In this document: positions 1-10,179 of the stretch, piece by piece
Position numbering within the stretch: position 1 is the first letter of the stretch
Layout: each line of letters begins with the position of its first letter
Assembly: GCA_947258355.1 (NCBI GenBank)
Contig: CAMYIC010000059.1
Location: 65,648-129,647, forward strand
DNA: 64,000 bases
Direction: 5' to 3'
Origin: an uncultured Allomuricauda sp.
Lineage (GTDB): Bacteria; Bacteroidota; Bacteroidia; Flavobacteriales; Flavobacteriaceae
Made by a program: the position numbers and the translations under genes
The notes under the pieces: model-generated
Database searches by the model: none
The model's input: the letters and a program-made list of their open reading frames with translations, nothing else
What the model was told of the DNA's origin: nothing

Positions 1-2066
1 AGGTCTTGTGCCACTTTCTCAACAATTCTGAGTGTAGAGCCATAAGATAGTAAGGTAATGTCTGTTCCCTCTTTAACTGTTTCCACTTTACCGATGGGTG
101 TACAGAATTCACCTAAGTTGGATGGCATTTTTTCCTTTAGTCGGTACCCGTTCAAACTTTCTATTATCAAAGCGGGTTCATCGCTTTTCATTAGTGTATT
201 GTAAAAACCAGCTGCTTGCGTCATGTTTCTCGGGGCCAATACATACATTCCCCGCAGTAAGTGGATTAAACCACCCATTGGGGAGCCGGAATGCCAAATT
301 CCTTCCAAACGGTGTCCTCTTGTACGAACAATCAGCGGTGCTTTTTGTTTTCCAACGGTACGGTACATAAGAGTGGCCAAATCATCGCTTAAGGTTTGAA
401 TGGCATAAAGGATGTAATCCAAATACTGTATTTCCGCAATTGGACGTAATCCGCGAAGTGCCATACCAATACCTTGCCCAATAATGGAAGTCTCTCTTAT
501 CCCTGTATCCGATACTCTGAGCTCACCGTACTTCTTTTGTAGACCTTCGAGACCTTGGTTTACATCTCCAATATTCCCGGTGTCTTCACCAAACACCAAA
601 GCTTCTGGGTACTTGCTGAACAATGCGTCGAAGTTGTCCCTTAATATAACCCTTCCATCTACCTCGTCGGTATCATTGGAATAGGAGGGGGGCACAGGCT
701 CAATTTTGGTGGACTTGTTGCCTACCTCGTTGTACAGATGTGACCCATATTGGTACTCGTTGGTGGATATGAAGTGGTCTACCCATTGTTGAAGTTGCTG
801 TTTTTCAGGAGTGGATTCCCCTAAAAGATATCGCAGTGCATTTCTTGATTTAGATGCCAAATCCTTCTTCAAAGGTTCTTCAATGGCGATCAGATCATTT
901 TTTATTTTATTGATGAATGCTCGGTTTGGGCTTTGGGCAGCAACTTTATCGAGCAAGTGCACCAATTGTTTTTTGGCTTCTAATTGTGGTTTTAAAAACT
1001 CGGACCAGGCTTCTTTTTTTGCAGCACGTACCTTGTGTTTTATTTCGCGCTCTACTTTTTTCAGTTCTTCTTCGGTACTTATGCCATTTTCAATGATCCA
1101 TTCCCTAAACCTTTTATTGCAGTCATTCTCACGTTCCCATTCCAAACGCTCGGAAGACTTGTACCTTTCGTGGGACCCTGATGTGGAATGTCCTTGGGGT
1201 TGGGTGAGTTCAGTAACATGGATTAGCACGGGTACATGACCTTCGCGAGCTATATCTGAAGCATTTTCAAAAGCATGGATAAGTGCTGTATAATCCCACC
1301 CCTTTACTTTTAAAATTTCAAAACCATCGTGTTCTTCATCTCGTTGCAACCCGCTAAGCGCCTCTGAAATATCGCCTTTGGTGGTGTGATATTCCGATGG
1401 AACGGAAATACCATATTCGTCATCCCAAACACTGATCACCATGGGTACTTGCATTACTCCCGCGGCATTTAAAGTCTCAAAAAAGTGACCTTCACTAGTA
1501 CTGGCATTGCCTATGGTTCCCCAGGCCACCTCATTCCCATTGTCGGAAAAGTTGGTTTGGTCAATACCATCAACATGTCTGTATATTTTGGAAGCTTGCG
1601 CAAGTCCAAGCAAACGAGGCATTTGACCTGCCGTACAGGAAATATCGGCGCTACTGTTCTTTTGCTCTGTTAGATTCTTCCATGTGCCGTCTTCATTTAG
1701 ACTATGGGTGACAAAATGCCCACCCATTTGTCTTCCCGCACTCATAGGTTCCTTTTCTAAATCCGTAGTGGCGTAAAGTCCATGAAAAAATGCTTTGGGA
1801 GTCAGATAGCCCAATGCCATCATAAAGGTTTGGTCTCGGTAATATCCACTTCTGAAATCACCATCTTGAAATGCCCTTGCCATGGCCAATTGAGGTAGTT
1901 CCTTACCATCACCAAAAATTCCGAATTTGGCTTTTCCAGAAAGGACCTCCCTTCTTCCCATTAAGCTACATTCCCTACTGGTGACCGCAGTCTCATAATC
2001 TTGAAGAATTTGAGATTTAAAATCATCAAAAGAAATATCGTTACTCGTACTAGGATTAGGTTTCAT
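1..2066 (-). CDS. Thiamine-diphosphate-dependent 2-oxoacid dehydrogenase E1 component, fused alpha/beta subunits (partial; 3' end runs off the left window edge)
   Basis: My translation of the minus strand from the ATG at 2066..2064 gives MKPNPSTSNDISFDDFKSQILQDYETAVTSRECSLMGRREVLSGKAKFGIFGDGKELPQLAMARAF..., and I saw no stop in the parts I translated. Near position 1 the frame reads ...CTPIGKVETVKEGTDITLLSYGSTLRIVEKVAQDL, which is typical of an E1-beta C-terminal region. It is absent from the ORF track because it is open at the edge. The + strand ORFs 98..1673 are antisense shadows. Confidence 0.8.
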   Translation of the reverse strand, partial: MKPNPSTSNDISFDDFKSQILQDYETAVTSRECSLMGRREVLSGKAKFGIFGDGKELPQLAMARAFQDGDFRSGYYRDQTFMMALGYLTPKAFFHGLYATTDLEKEPMSAGRQMGGHFVTHSLNEDGTWKNLTEQKNSSADISCTAGQMPRLLGLAQASKIYRHVDGIDQTNFSDNGNEVAWGTIGNASTSEGHFFETLNAAGVMQVPMVISVWDDEYGISVPSEYHTTKGDISEALSGLQRDEEHDGFEILKVKGWDYTALIHAFENASDIAREGHVPVLIHVTELTQPQGHSTSGSHERYKSSERLEWERENDCNKRFREWIIENGISTEEELKKVEREIKHKVRAAKKEAWSEFLKPQLEAKKQLVHLLDKVAAQSPNRAFINKIKNDLIAIEEPLKKDLASKSRNALRYLLGESTPEKQQLQQWVDHFISTNEYQYGSHLYNEVGNKSTKIEPVPPSYSNDTDEVDGRVILRDNFDALFSKYPEALVFGEDTGNIGDVNQGLEGLQKKYGELRVSDTGIRETSIIGQGIGMALRGLRPIAEIQYLDYILYAIQTLSDDLATLMYRTVGKQKAPLIVRTRGHRLEGIWHSGSPMGGLIHLLRGMYVLAPRNMTQAAGFYNTLMKSDEPALIIESLNGYRLKEKMPSNLGEFCTPIGKVETVKEGTDITLLSYGSTLRIVEKVAQD

Positions 2067-2223
2067 GGGTTGTAGAAGATTTCTGCAAAATTACTAAAAA
2101 ACCATCAGAATTGCAATACACAACGCTGTTAATAAAATGAATATAATATAATAATTCTATCTAAACATTAGTGATTTCACAATAAACATTTTCATATAGA
2201 GCTATATATTATCAATTTGATAA

Positions 2224-5112
2224 TTAAAACCACTTCCTAGTGAATAGCCCAACAAGTGTTCTTGGGCTTATGGTCACTACAAAACGAATACGTTGACCAT
2301 AGTCATCCTCTGCAATTTCCCAACCCCTATTGGAATAAACGGGGAAGTACAGCTCAAAATAATCAGTCACCAAATTCAGTCGTATTCCAGAGTCATAAAC
2401 AAAACGTGCACTATCGCCTTTGTTTTTTAAAAACCCGAGATCACCGTAAGCTTCGACCCACCTCCAAATATTGGTGCTTGCATTGGTGGTGGCAATCCAA
2501 TCATTGGCAAATGGATTTTCGAGCTTGGATTTAAAACCACCCTCGGCAATAATTACTTGTTGACTGTATAAACCGGAATCTTCAGATCTACCCAAATAGG
2601 CAAGGTCGAACATATAATCTGTTGGCCTATCCAAGGCGAAACTGAAAAAGTCGGACTCGGTCTTGTTTCGTAAAAACTTACCAGCATAAAAGCGCAGGTT
2701 CAATTGCCTATTGCTTTGAAACAGTTTTCGATACTCCAGTTCAAAAGCAAGTTTGGTAAATTCGCTGGAATGCTGTGCATCTACCGACCAAGAGGAGTAG
2801 TTGAGTATGTTGTTGTCCACATCGGTGTAACGAACATTCATGACGCCATAGTCGGGATCCGTGTCCAATTCACCTATCAAGCTATCGTCGATGCTCCTAA
2901 AGACACTTCTATACCTTAACAAGAGAAATTGCCTCCTGTTAGAAAGCAAGTCGTTGGGTCTCCAACCGAAACTTACGGCAGGGGTCAATGTAGAGAACCG
3001 AGAATTTTCCTGAAAATGGGAAGTGGATGCAGAAAAAGAGTAATTGGTCACATATAAACCTGTTTTTTTATGATACTTACGGTACCTAAAACTGGCTTTG
3101 CCCACTAAAGTGCGTTCCAAGAACGAATAGGTGGGTGAAATATCATATTGGAATGGTCTTTCCAAAAATGTTTTGTTGTAAAGTCTAAGACCGGGTGTTA
3201 TACCATCATACAGGTTGAAATTTGCGATCGGCACATAAAAAACCTGATTATAATATGGGTCCTCGGTATCCTTAAAAAATTGAAATTTCAACTTTTTGTT
3301 ACTGGAAAAGAATCCGTTTAAGGTCTTCCAGTTATCGCGTTGGTTGAATTCGGGAATTTTTTGATCATAGTTCAGTACCAAGCGATCTTCGCTTTTTCGA
3401 GGAATGGTAATGCTTTTGGTAGTGTCGATATCCGTAAACCAATAGCGGGACACAACAGAATCATTTTCAAGCCCAAAAACAGATATGGGTACATTGGTTC
3501 CCTGTTTGTTCTTTAGAACAAAAGTGATGGAATCATCTGTCTTTTCAATTCTCTTGATTTTATAATCAATTTTGTTATCGGTAGAGACGTATTCATCAAA
3601 GAACCAATCCACATCCTTATCAGCGTATTTTTCTATCGTTTTTCTAAAATCAGCAGCGGTCACCTGCTGTTTTAGTTTGTGATTTTTATAAAAATCCAGA
3701 ACAGTACTGTCAATTTTGTTTTCACCCAAAAAGGCGGACAGGTAGGACATTCCAAGACCGGCTTTATAACCATTGGCTATTTTCTGGTTGAACTTGATTA
3801 AGGAATCATTGGAGGTGGTCAATGCCTGATCGATATTTTTTCGAGCAGAGAGCATACTGAAGAGTGCGTACTGTTCGTTAAAATCCATTTGTGCAAAATG
3901 GAAATTTTTTATCCCCCATATTTTAGAAAGTTTCCCGGCCAGTTTTTTATCGGGGTAGTGCTCATCAACATATTTTATCATAAGATAAAAACCGATGGCG
4001 TCGTTTACCCATCGCTCTTTTCGTGGGTCCAGATACAGGGATTCTTTTAAATAATTACGAATGGCTGTTTTTAAGAACTTCATTTCAAATTGAAATTGTT
4101 CTTCGTATGGCCTAATAAAAGAGGGTAGTTGGCTTATTCCATAAAGCGGGGATTTGTTATAGTCAAATTCACTTACAAGAAGATTGTCGTGGGGATAGTT
4201 CCCTAAATTTTCATGAAGAAATTGAGCTATTTTATTTATGGATATTCCCTGTGTGATTTCCTCATATTTGTTGGACTCGATATCTGTTGTAATTGTTATG
4301 TAACTGGTAACATGTTGGGTAAACCTGTCATCGATTGTTAGAATAAGCTCACAGTTTTTTCTTTTGTCACCAAAAAGCTGGACATGTTGCCCTCCCGGAA
4401 AACTTGAAACACTGGACATCCTGTAATTTGAGGCTAGGAATAGGTTTTCAGGATAAGTAAAATTGATTCTTGTCTCGGTGACATCGGTATAGAGGTCATC
4501 TAGATTTATATTGTTGTATAACTTCCAATCCCCATCGAAAACGGCTGGTGTAAAGTACCAATCTTTTAAATTGAATCCGCGACTGTTTGTATGTCCGTAT
4601 CCCGTAAATTTTGCTTCGGGCAGCCTTATGGTATAGGTGAAAAATAATTGGATTGATTCACCCGGTTTTAGAATTTCGTTTAAGGTAACGGAAATAATAT
4701 CCATATTCCCTTCTCTTTTCCAGTCCAGTCCGGTATAGTTTTCATCTACAATGGTTCTGATGGTGGTTTTACCTCTCTCCCTATCTTTTGCCAAATGAAG
4801 GCTTCGGTTGAATTCTTCCGCAAACCTTTTGGCAAGCGCGGTGTTCTTATTGGAATAGGCATGGTTCCAATCGTTGAAATATAAAGTGGAAAGTCCCCGG
4901 TTTGATTGATTGGTGTATGTAAAATGTTGTTTGATCCGTATTTGATTGGTGGGGCCATCGAGAGTTGCCACTATTTCGTTTTTGTGCTGCCCTAAAAGTT
5001 TAGGGTGCACCATAGTGACAAGAAGCAAAACGCTAAGTATTACTCGAGGGTTAATCAATGCAAAACAATAATTAAAAGTTTGGACTGAGTGTTCGGCCTT
5101 TGTAAAAGGCAT
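2224..5112 (-). CDS. Large exported protein of unknown function; the N-terminal half resembles an M1 aminopeptidase-N fold but has no HEXXH, and the C-terminal third looks beta-rich and ends in Phe
   Basis: 962-aa ORF. It has a hydrophobic signal-like segment (ILSVLLLVTMVHPKLLG). The segment ERWVNDAIGFYLMIKYV resembles the WLNEGFA.Y region of M1 peptidases, but I found no HEXXH or GAMEN. The C-terminus ...LFTRKWF is OMP-like. The annotated start overlaps the upstream gene by 41 nt, so the true start may be internal or non-ATG. Confidence 0.6.
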   Translation of the reverse strand: MPFTKAEHSVQTFNYCFALINPRVILSVLLLVTMVHPKLLGQHKNEIVATLDGPTNQIRIKQHFTYTNQSNRGLSTLYFNDWNHAYSNKNTALAKRFAEEFNRSLHLAKDRERGKTTIRTIVDENYTGLDWKREGNMDIISVTLNEILKPGESIQLFFTYTIRLPEAKFTGYGHTNSRGFNLKDWYFTPAVFDGDWKLYNNINLDDLYTDVTETRINFTYPENLFLASNYRMSSVSSFPGGQHVQLFGDKRKNCELILTIDDRFTQHVTSYITITTDIESNKYEEITQGISINKIAQFLHENLGNYPHDNLLVSEFDYNKSPLYGISQLPSFIRPYEEQFQFEMKFLKTAIRNYLKESLYLDPRKERWVNDAIGFYLMIKYVDEHYPDKKLAGKLSKIWGIKNFHFAQMDFNEQYALFSMLSARKNIDQALTTSNDSLIKFNQKIANGYKAGLGMSYLSAFLGENKIDSTVLDFYKNHKLKQQVTAADFRKTIEKYADKDVDWFFDEYVSTDNKIDYKIKRIEKTDDSITFVLKNKQGTNVPISVFGLENDSVVSRYWFTDIDTTKSITIPRKSEDRLVLNYDQKIPEFNQRDNWKTLNGFFSSNKKLKFQFFKDTEDPYYNQVFYVPIANFNLYDGITPGLRLYNKTFLERPFQYDISPTYSFLERTLVGKASFRYRKYHKKTGLYVTNYSFSASTSHFQENSRFSTLTPAVSFGWRPNDLLSNRRQFLLLRYRSVFRSIDDSLIGELDTDPDYGVMNVRYTDVDNNILNYSSWSVDAQHSSEFTKLAFELEYRKLFQSNRQLNLRFYAGKFLRNKTESDFFSFALDRPTDYMFDLAYLGRSEDSGLYSQQVIIAEGGFKSKLENPFANDWIATTNASTNIWRWVEAYGDLGFLKNKGDSARFVYDSGIRLNLVTDYFELYFPVYSNRGWEIAEDDYGQRIRFVVTISPRTLVGLFTRKWF

Positions 5113-5764
5113 CTATAATTTCGACCACTTCATCTTCTGTATCCGCTAATTTGATCAAGTCAAGATCTTTTGGACTGATATTACCTGCCTCGACCAAAGT
5201 GTTTTTGATCCAATCCATCAATCCTTTCCAAAACTCCGTGCCAACAAGAATTATTGGGAATGTATGTATTTTATGGGTTTGAATCAACGTAAGTGCTTCA
5301 AAGAACTCGTCAAGGGTTCCAAAACCACCTGGCATTACCACAAAGCCTTGTGAGTATTTTACAAACATTACTTTTCGAACAAAGAAATAATCAAAATCAA
5401 GGCTCTTATCATCATCGATAAAGGGATTGTCATGTTGTTCAAATGGAAGGTCTATGTTCAAGCCCACCGAGGTGCCTCCTGCTAAGTTTGCTCCCTTGTT
5501 GCCAGCTTCCATGATTCCTGGCCCTCCTCCTGTGATGACCCCATAGCCAGCTTCGGCAATTTTTTGGGAGATTTTTACCGCTAAATCGTAATAGCGGTGC
5601 CCTTCCCGAACCCTGGCCGACCCAAAAATGGATACACAAGGGCCTATTACGCTCATTTTTTCAAATCCATTGACAAACTCACCCATAATTTTGAATATGG
5701 CCCATGAATCGTTTGTCTTTATCTCATTCCAGCCTTTGGAATGTTGTTCTTTACGCATTTGCAT
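5072..5764 (-). CDS. LOG family protein (TIGR00730-type Rossmann fold; cytokinin riboside 5'-monophosphate phosphoribohydrolase-like)
   Basis: 230 aa with the motifs GGGPGIMEAGNKGA and PGGFGTLDEFFEALTLIQT, matching the LOG family PGGxGTxxE signature. Confidence 0.9.
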   Translation of the reverse strand: MQMRKEQHSKGWNEIKTNDSWAIFKIMGEFVNGFEKMSVIGPCVSIFGSARVREGHRYYDLAVKISQKIAEAGYGVITGGGPGIMEAGNKGANLAGGTSVGLNIDLPFEQHDNPFIDDDKSLDFDYFFVRKVMFVKYSQGFVVMPGGFGTLDEFFEALTLIQTHKIHTFPIILVGTEFWKGLMDWIKNTLVEAGNISPKDLDLIKLADTEDEVVEIIDAFYKGRTLSPNF

Positions 5765-5778
5765 AGTTGTCTGCTATT

Positions 5779-8640
5779 TTAAACTGCTCGTGCAATTTTT
5801 TGTTTTGTATTGTCCAATTCTTTCTTTAAAAACTTCGCGGTATAACTTTTCTTGTCCTTGGCCACTTCTTCGGGGGTACCTGTTGCAACGACCATTCCAC
5901 CGCCTCTTCCCCCTTCGTAGCCAATATCGATGATATGATCCATCATTTTGATCACATCCATATTGTGTTCTATTACTAAAATGGTGTTCCCTTTATCCAC
6001 CAAACGTTCTAGCACTTCCATGAGAACTCGAATATCTTCAAAATGTAAGCCTGTGGTCGGTTCGTCGAGGATGTAAAATGTGTTTCCAGTATCTCTTTTG
6101 GAGAGCTCTGTTGCCAATTTTACTCGTTGGGCCTCTCCACCAGAGAGGGTAGTGGATTGCTGCCCTAATGATATATAACCCAAACCTACATCTTTTATTG
6201 TCTTAAGTTTACGATGAATTTTTGGAATATTCTCAAAGAAATCCACAGCTTCATTGATGGTCATTTCCAAGACATCTGCAATGGACTTTCCCTTGTAGCG
6301 GATTTCCAAGGTCTCCCTATTGAACCTTTTTCCGTTGCAAGTCTCACATTCCACATAAACATCTGGCAAAAAGTTCATTTCTATAACCTTGAGTCCTCCT
6401 CCTTGACAGGTTTCACACCTTCCACCTGCCACATTAAAACTAAATCTTCCAGGTTTATAGCCTCGTATGGTAGCTTCGGTAGTTTTAGCAAAAAGCGAAC
6501 GTATTTCACTAAAAACCCCAGTATAGGTTGCAGGATTGGAACGTGGCGTACGACCAATAGGGGACTGGTTGATATCGATTACCTTATCGATATGCTCCAA
6601 CCCCTTGATTTTTTTATAGGGCATCGGTTTTTTAACACCGTTAAAATAATGGGCGTTCATAATCGGGTAAAGAGTTTCGTTAACCAAAGTGGATTTGCCA
6701 CTTCCTGAAACGCCGGTTACTCCAATCAGTTTTCCCAAAGGGAAGTCTACCGTCACATTCTTTAAGTTGTTGCCCGTGCAACCTGAGAGCGTAATTTTTT
6801 TGCCCGTTCCCTTACGTCGTTTTGCCGGTACCGGGATTTCAACTTCTCCAGTTATATACTGTGCTGTCATCGTATGGTGGTCAATCAACTCTTTGGGGCT
6901 TCCTTCGGAAATGATTTCACCACCGTGTTTTCCCGCTTTTGGGCCAATATCGATAACATGGTCGGCACTTTCGATCATATCACGGTCGTGCTCTACCACA
7001 ATAACAGAATTCCCAATATCACGAAGCGATTCCAGGGAATGAATCAATCGTTCATTGTCCCGCTGGTGCAGGCCAATACTTGGTTCATCCAAAATGTAGA
7101 GTACGCCAACCAATTGCGAGCCGATCTGAGTGGCCAGTCTAATCCGCTGTGCTTCACCACCTGATAACGATTTTGAACTTCGGTTCAAGGAGAGGTAATC
7201 AAGCCCTACATCCAGCAAGAAACCAACCCTTGCCTTGATTTCCTTGATAATTTCCTCGGCAATTTTCTTTTGGTTGCCCTCCAAAGTATCCTCCAAATGT
7301 TTGAATAAATTGGCAAGCTCAGCAATGTCCATGTGAGCCAATTCGGCAATGTTTTTGCCATCTATCTTAAAGTAGAGTGACTCTTTACGTAAACGGGAAC
7401 CTTCACAAGCGGGACATTCCACTTTGTCCATGTAATCCTTCGCCCATCTTTTAATGGAAGTGGAGTTGGCTTCTTCGTATTGTGTTTTGATGAAGTTGGA
7501 AATTCCTTCGTAATCAATCTTGTATTGTCTTTTGACCCCTAGACTTTTGGAGTCCACCTCAAAACTTTCCTTGCCGCCGTTCAAAATAACATCCATGGCT
7601 TCGGCCGGTACTTTTTCTATCGCATCCGAAAGGTCGAAATTGTAGCGTTGCGCAATGGTTTCCAGTTGTTTGAAGGCCCAAGACTTTTTGTATTCACCTA
7701 GAGGGGCAAGCCCTCCGGATTTGATGGATATTTTTTTGTTCGGGATGATTTTATTCTCATTGACTTGAAAAACATGCCCCAATCCACTGCATTCAGGACA
7801 CATGCCTTTTGGAGAGTTAAAGGAAAACGTGTTGGGCTCGGGAGTGGGGTAGGAGATGCCCGATGACGGACACATCAAATCCCTACTGAAATATCTTGGT
7901 ACCGATTCGCCTTCTTCCAACACCATGAGCACATTGTCACCGCTGTACATGGCCGTGTTGATGGTTTCGCTCAGCCGTTTATGGAAATCTTCACTATGGC
8001 CGACTTTCAAGCGGTCGATTACAATCTCAATATCGTGGGTTTTGTATCGGTCAACCTTCATTCCTTTGGTGATGTCGGTAATCTCCCCATCGACCCGCAC
8101 CTTTACAAAACCTTGCTTTGCAATCTGTTCAAACAATTCGCGGTAATGTCCTTTTCTTGACTTAATGACAGGAGCCAGCACATTGATTTTCTTGTCCTTG
8201 TACGACTCAATGATTAAATCCTTGATCTGTTCATCGCTGTAGCTTACCATTTTTTCACCAGTGTTGTAACTGTAGGCATCGCCAGCACGAGCAAACAACA
8301 ATCGTAAAAAGTCATACACTTCGGTTATGGTTCCAACGGTAGAGCGAGGGGATTTTGAAGTGGTTTTCTGTTCAATGGCGATTACAGGTGAAAGTCCATC
8401 GATTTTATCCACATCGGGGCGCTCCAATCCACCCAAAAACTGCCGGGCGTAGGCAGAAAAGGTTTCAATGTACCTACGCTGTCCTTCCGCGTAAATGGTA
8501 TCAAAGGCCAAAGAGGATTTTCCACTTCCCGAAAGTCCCGTGATTACCACCAGTTTTTCACGGGGTATGGTAACATCTATATTTTTCAGGTTATGGACCC
8601 TTGCGCCCTTAACCTCAATATTTTCTTCGTAATTGATCAT
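5779..8640 (-). CDS. uvrA: Excinuclease ABC subunit A
   Basis: 953 aa. Two ABC modules with Walker A motifs [14 protein letters not shown] and [14 protein letters not shown]. The LSGGEAQR signature occurs twice. Cys-pair zinc modules are present ([32 protein letters not shown]). Confidence 0.97.
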   Translation of the reverse strand: MINYEENIEVKGARVHNLKNIDVTIPREKLVVITGLSGSGKSSLAFDTIYAEGQRRYIETFSAYARQFLGGLERPDVDKIDGLSPVIAIEQKTTSKSPRSTVGTITEVYDFLRLLFARAGDAYSYNTGEKMVSYSDEQIKDLIIESYKDKKINVLAPVIKSRKGHYRELFEQIAKQGFVKVRVDGEITDITKGMKVDRYKTHDIEIVIDRLKVGHSEDFHKRLSETINTAMYSGDNVLMVLEEGESVPRYFSRDLMCPSSGISYPTPEPNTFSFNSPKGMCPECSGLGHVFQVNENKIIPNKKISIKSGGLAPLGEYKKSWAFKQLETIAQRYNFDLSDAIEKVPAEAMDVILNGGKESFEVDSKSLGVKRQYKIDYEGISNFIKTQYEEANSTSIKRWAKDYMDKVECPACEGSRLRKESLYFKIDGKNIAELAHMDIAELANLFKHLEDTLEGNQKKIAEEIIKEIKARVGFLLDVGLDYLSLNRSSKSLSGGEAQRIRLATQIGSQLVGVLYILDEPSIGLHQRDNERLIHSLESLRDIGNSVIVVEHDRDMIESADHVIDIGPKAGKHGGEIISEGSPKELIDHHTMTAQYITGEVEIPVPAKRRKGTGKKITLSGCTGNNLKNVTVDFPLGKLIGVTGVSGSGKSTLVNETLYPIMNAHYFNGVKKPMPYKKIKGLEHIDKVIDINQSPIGRTPRSNPATYTGVFSEIRSLFAKTTEATIRGYKPGRFSFNVAGGRCETCQGGGLKVIEMNFLPDVYVECETCNGKRFNRETLEIRYKGKSIADVLEMTINEAVDFFENIPKIHRKLKTIKDVGLGYISLGQQSTTLSGGEAQRVKLATELSKRDTGNTFYILDEPTTGLHFEDIRVLMEVLERLVDKGNTILVIEHNMDVIKMMDHIIDIGYEGGRGGGMVVATGTPEEVAKDKKSYTAKFLKKELDNTKQKIARAV

Positions 8641-8740
8641 AAATCATAGCAAACCTCAAAAATAGCGATTTGGGATGTAAAAAGGAAGTGACCTCTGGTT
8701 TCGTTTTTATGAATTGATGGATTATTTTTACCGTGTACAT

Positions 8741-8810
8741 TGTCACCTCGAGCGCAGTCGAGAGGTGCTTGTTTATCCAATGTTGGGTCTCGACTGCGCT
8801 CGACCTGACA
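8741..8810. repeat. REP-like imperfect hairpin element, full copy 1
   Basis: Left arm TGTCACCTCGAGCGCAGTCGAGAGGTG (8741..8767); right arm GGTCTCGACTGCGCTCGACCTGACA (8786..8810). The 16-nt cores TCGAGCGCAGTCGAGA and TCTCGACTGCGCTCGA are exact reverse complements. The same cores recur at 50245..50321 and, as a half copy, at 11587..11611. Confidence 0.85.
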
Positions 8811-8824
8811 GAAAAGAATTTAAA

Positions 8825-9352
8825 ATGAAATTATTAGGTATTGGCTCTAGAATAGATCATCCGGATTATGGAAAAGGTGTGGTAACCAACGTATCGTCCA
8901 AACATTATTGGGTAACATTTTTGGAAAATGGATTGGAAACCATTGATCTGGATTCAGATTTTGAAGTCATTGAAGCTGTGGAAGATGAAGTGGATAGCGT
9001 CAGTTTTTTTGATGTGGAACGCTCCTTGGTGAAAATATTGGAAAAGTGGAGCGATACGCATGAAAAAGTGGCCATGGCCGATAAGTGGAGAGGCGGTAAA
9101 CTGGTTTTAGAAACTGGGGACACTACTGCCAATAAAGAAATGCCGATTGATACTTTTTTCCATAAAATTGTGATGGTGCGCGACCGCATCCGTGTGATGG
9201 AGCAAAAGATAAACAGCAGCAAGAACCTGGACGACCAAGAAAAGATAGACCTACAACAATATATTACCCGAATTTATGGCAGTTTGACCAGTTTTAATGT
9301 ACTGTTCAAGACCAAAAGCGACCATTTTGTAGGAGAGAAAAGTAAAGGGTAA
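8825..9352 (+). CDS. Hypothetical protein (175 aa)
   Basis: The ORF-track entry 8714..9352 starts inside the REP-like element; its first 37 codons (..CHLERSREV..LDCARPDR..) are a translation of the repeat. The internal ATG at 8825 (MKLLGIGSRIDHPDYGKGVV...) is the likelier start. I recognised no family. Confidence 0.65.
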   Translation: MKLLGIGSRIDHPDYGKGVVTNVSSKHYWVTFLENGLETIDLDSDFEVIEAVEDEVDSVSFFDVERSLVKILEKWSDTHEKVAMADKWRGGKLVLETGDTTANKEMPIDTFFHKIVMVRDRIRVMEQKINSSKNLDDQEKIDLQQYITRIYGSLTSFNVLFKTKSDHFVGEKSKG

Positions 9353-10162
9353 TCAAACCGCTTCCTTCTTCTCACTTAAATACTTCCAATAGCGTTTTGG
9401 AACGTGTTGTGTATGTAATTTAGGGTTGATACGCGACGCAATATAGGTACTTTTAAAATAATCGTTCCAAAGGGTTTGGTATTCATATTCCTCATTGGTA
9501 AAGGCATCATTTTTAACCGTTTTGTTATAGTGGATATCCTTTAAATTCAGGGATACCATCTCTACATGGTCCAAATCGTAATAAATGCCATACTTGCGTT
9601 TCACATCATATATCAACCATTTTTGGTCAGCGTAGCGGTCACGAAAATGTTTGGAAATTAACGGTAGCACATCAAAATCAGGTTCAATGTTTGCAAAGTA
9701 GATTTCGTCCTTGGTCAATTGGAACCGAACAAAAGCCTCCATTCGGTGTTTCTCCCGTCCCACTTTTCTGGCCAGCTGTGCTATGTAGAGCACTGTGGAG
9801 TCAGAATAATCCAAATACTTGCCATTTTTGGTGCGCATCAATTTTTGGATGTAGGAGTAAAGCATCATTTCCACGCCTTCTGCTTCACTTAAAAAAGCAA
9901 AATAGACATTGGAAATCGCATTGTGGCTTTTATTGCGGACACCGTTCCAAACACGTTTGGCTTTTTCCACATGGGTGAAAACGGTCTCTGTATCAGAAAA
10001 CAATCCGCTTTGGGTTTGATCGTTCTTTTGGATGTCGGCTACATTGATTTTTTCATCAAAGGCGACAAATACGGCGGTCAAGAATCCGTTAAAGCTACCG
10101 TCATAAACTAAGGTTGTTGAAGCATTCATAGCGCTTGCATTTTTTGTTTCTTTCAATGTCAA
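9353..10162 (-). CDS. DUF4130 / TIGR03915-type putative DNA-repair protein, the usual partner of the radical-SAM protein upstream
   Basis: 269 aa, lying 17 nt downstream of the radical-SAM ORF on the same strand. The pairing and size match my recollection of the TIGR03915/TIGR03916 gene pair. No UDG-like C-terminal extension is present here. Confidence 0.7.
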   Translation of the reverse strand: MTLKETKNASAMNASTTLVYDGSFNGFLTAVFVAFDEKINVADIQKNDQTQSGLFSDTETVFTHVEKAKRVWNGVRNKSHNAISNVYFAFLSEAEGVEMMLYSYIQKLMRTKNGKYLDYSDSTVLYIAQLARKVGREKHRMEAFVRFQLTKDEIYFANIEPDFDVLPLISKHFRDRYADQKWLIYDVKRKYGIYYDLDHVEMVSLNLKDIHYNKTVKNDAFTNEEYEYQTLWNDYFKSTYIASRINPKLHTQHVPKRYWKYLSEKKEAV

Positions 10163-10179
10163 TTGCTCATTGTTTATGG

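Noticed and set aside
98-1673. Plus-strand ORFs 98..370, 484..684, 811..1239 and 1485..1673
   Set aside because: They lie antisense to the open-ended minus-strand E1 dehydrogenase frame, which translates cleanly into recognisable TPP-enzyme sequence.
6214-8543. Several plus-strand ORFs (60-164 aa) inside uvrA
   Set aside because: They are antisense to an unambiguous 953-aa UvrA and are typical shadow frames.
8714-8824. N-terminal 37 codons of ORF 8714..9352
   Set aside because: This stretch is a read-through of the REP-like hairpin element (peptides ..CHLERSREV.. and ..LDCARPDR..). The conserved-looking body starts at the ATG at 8825.
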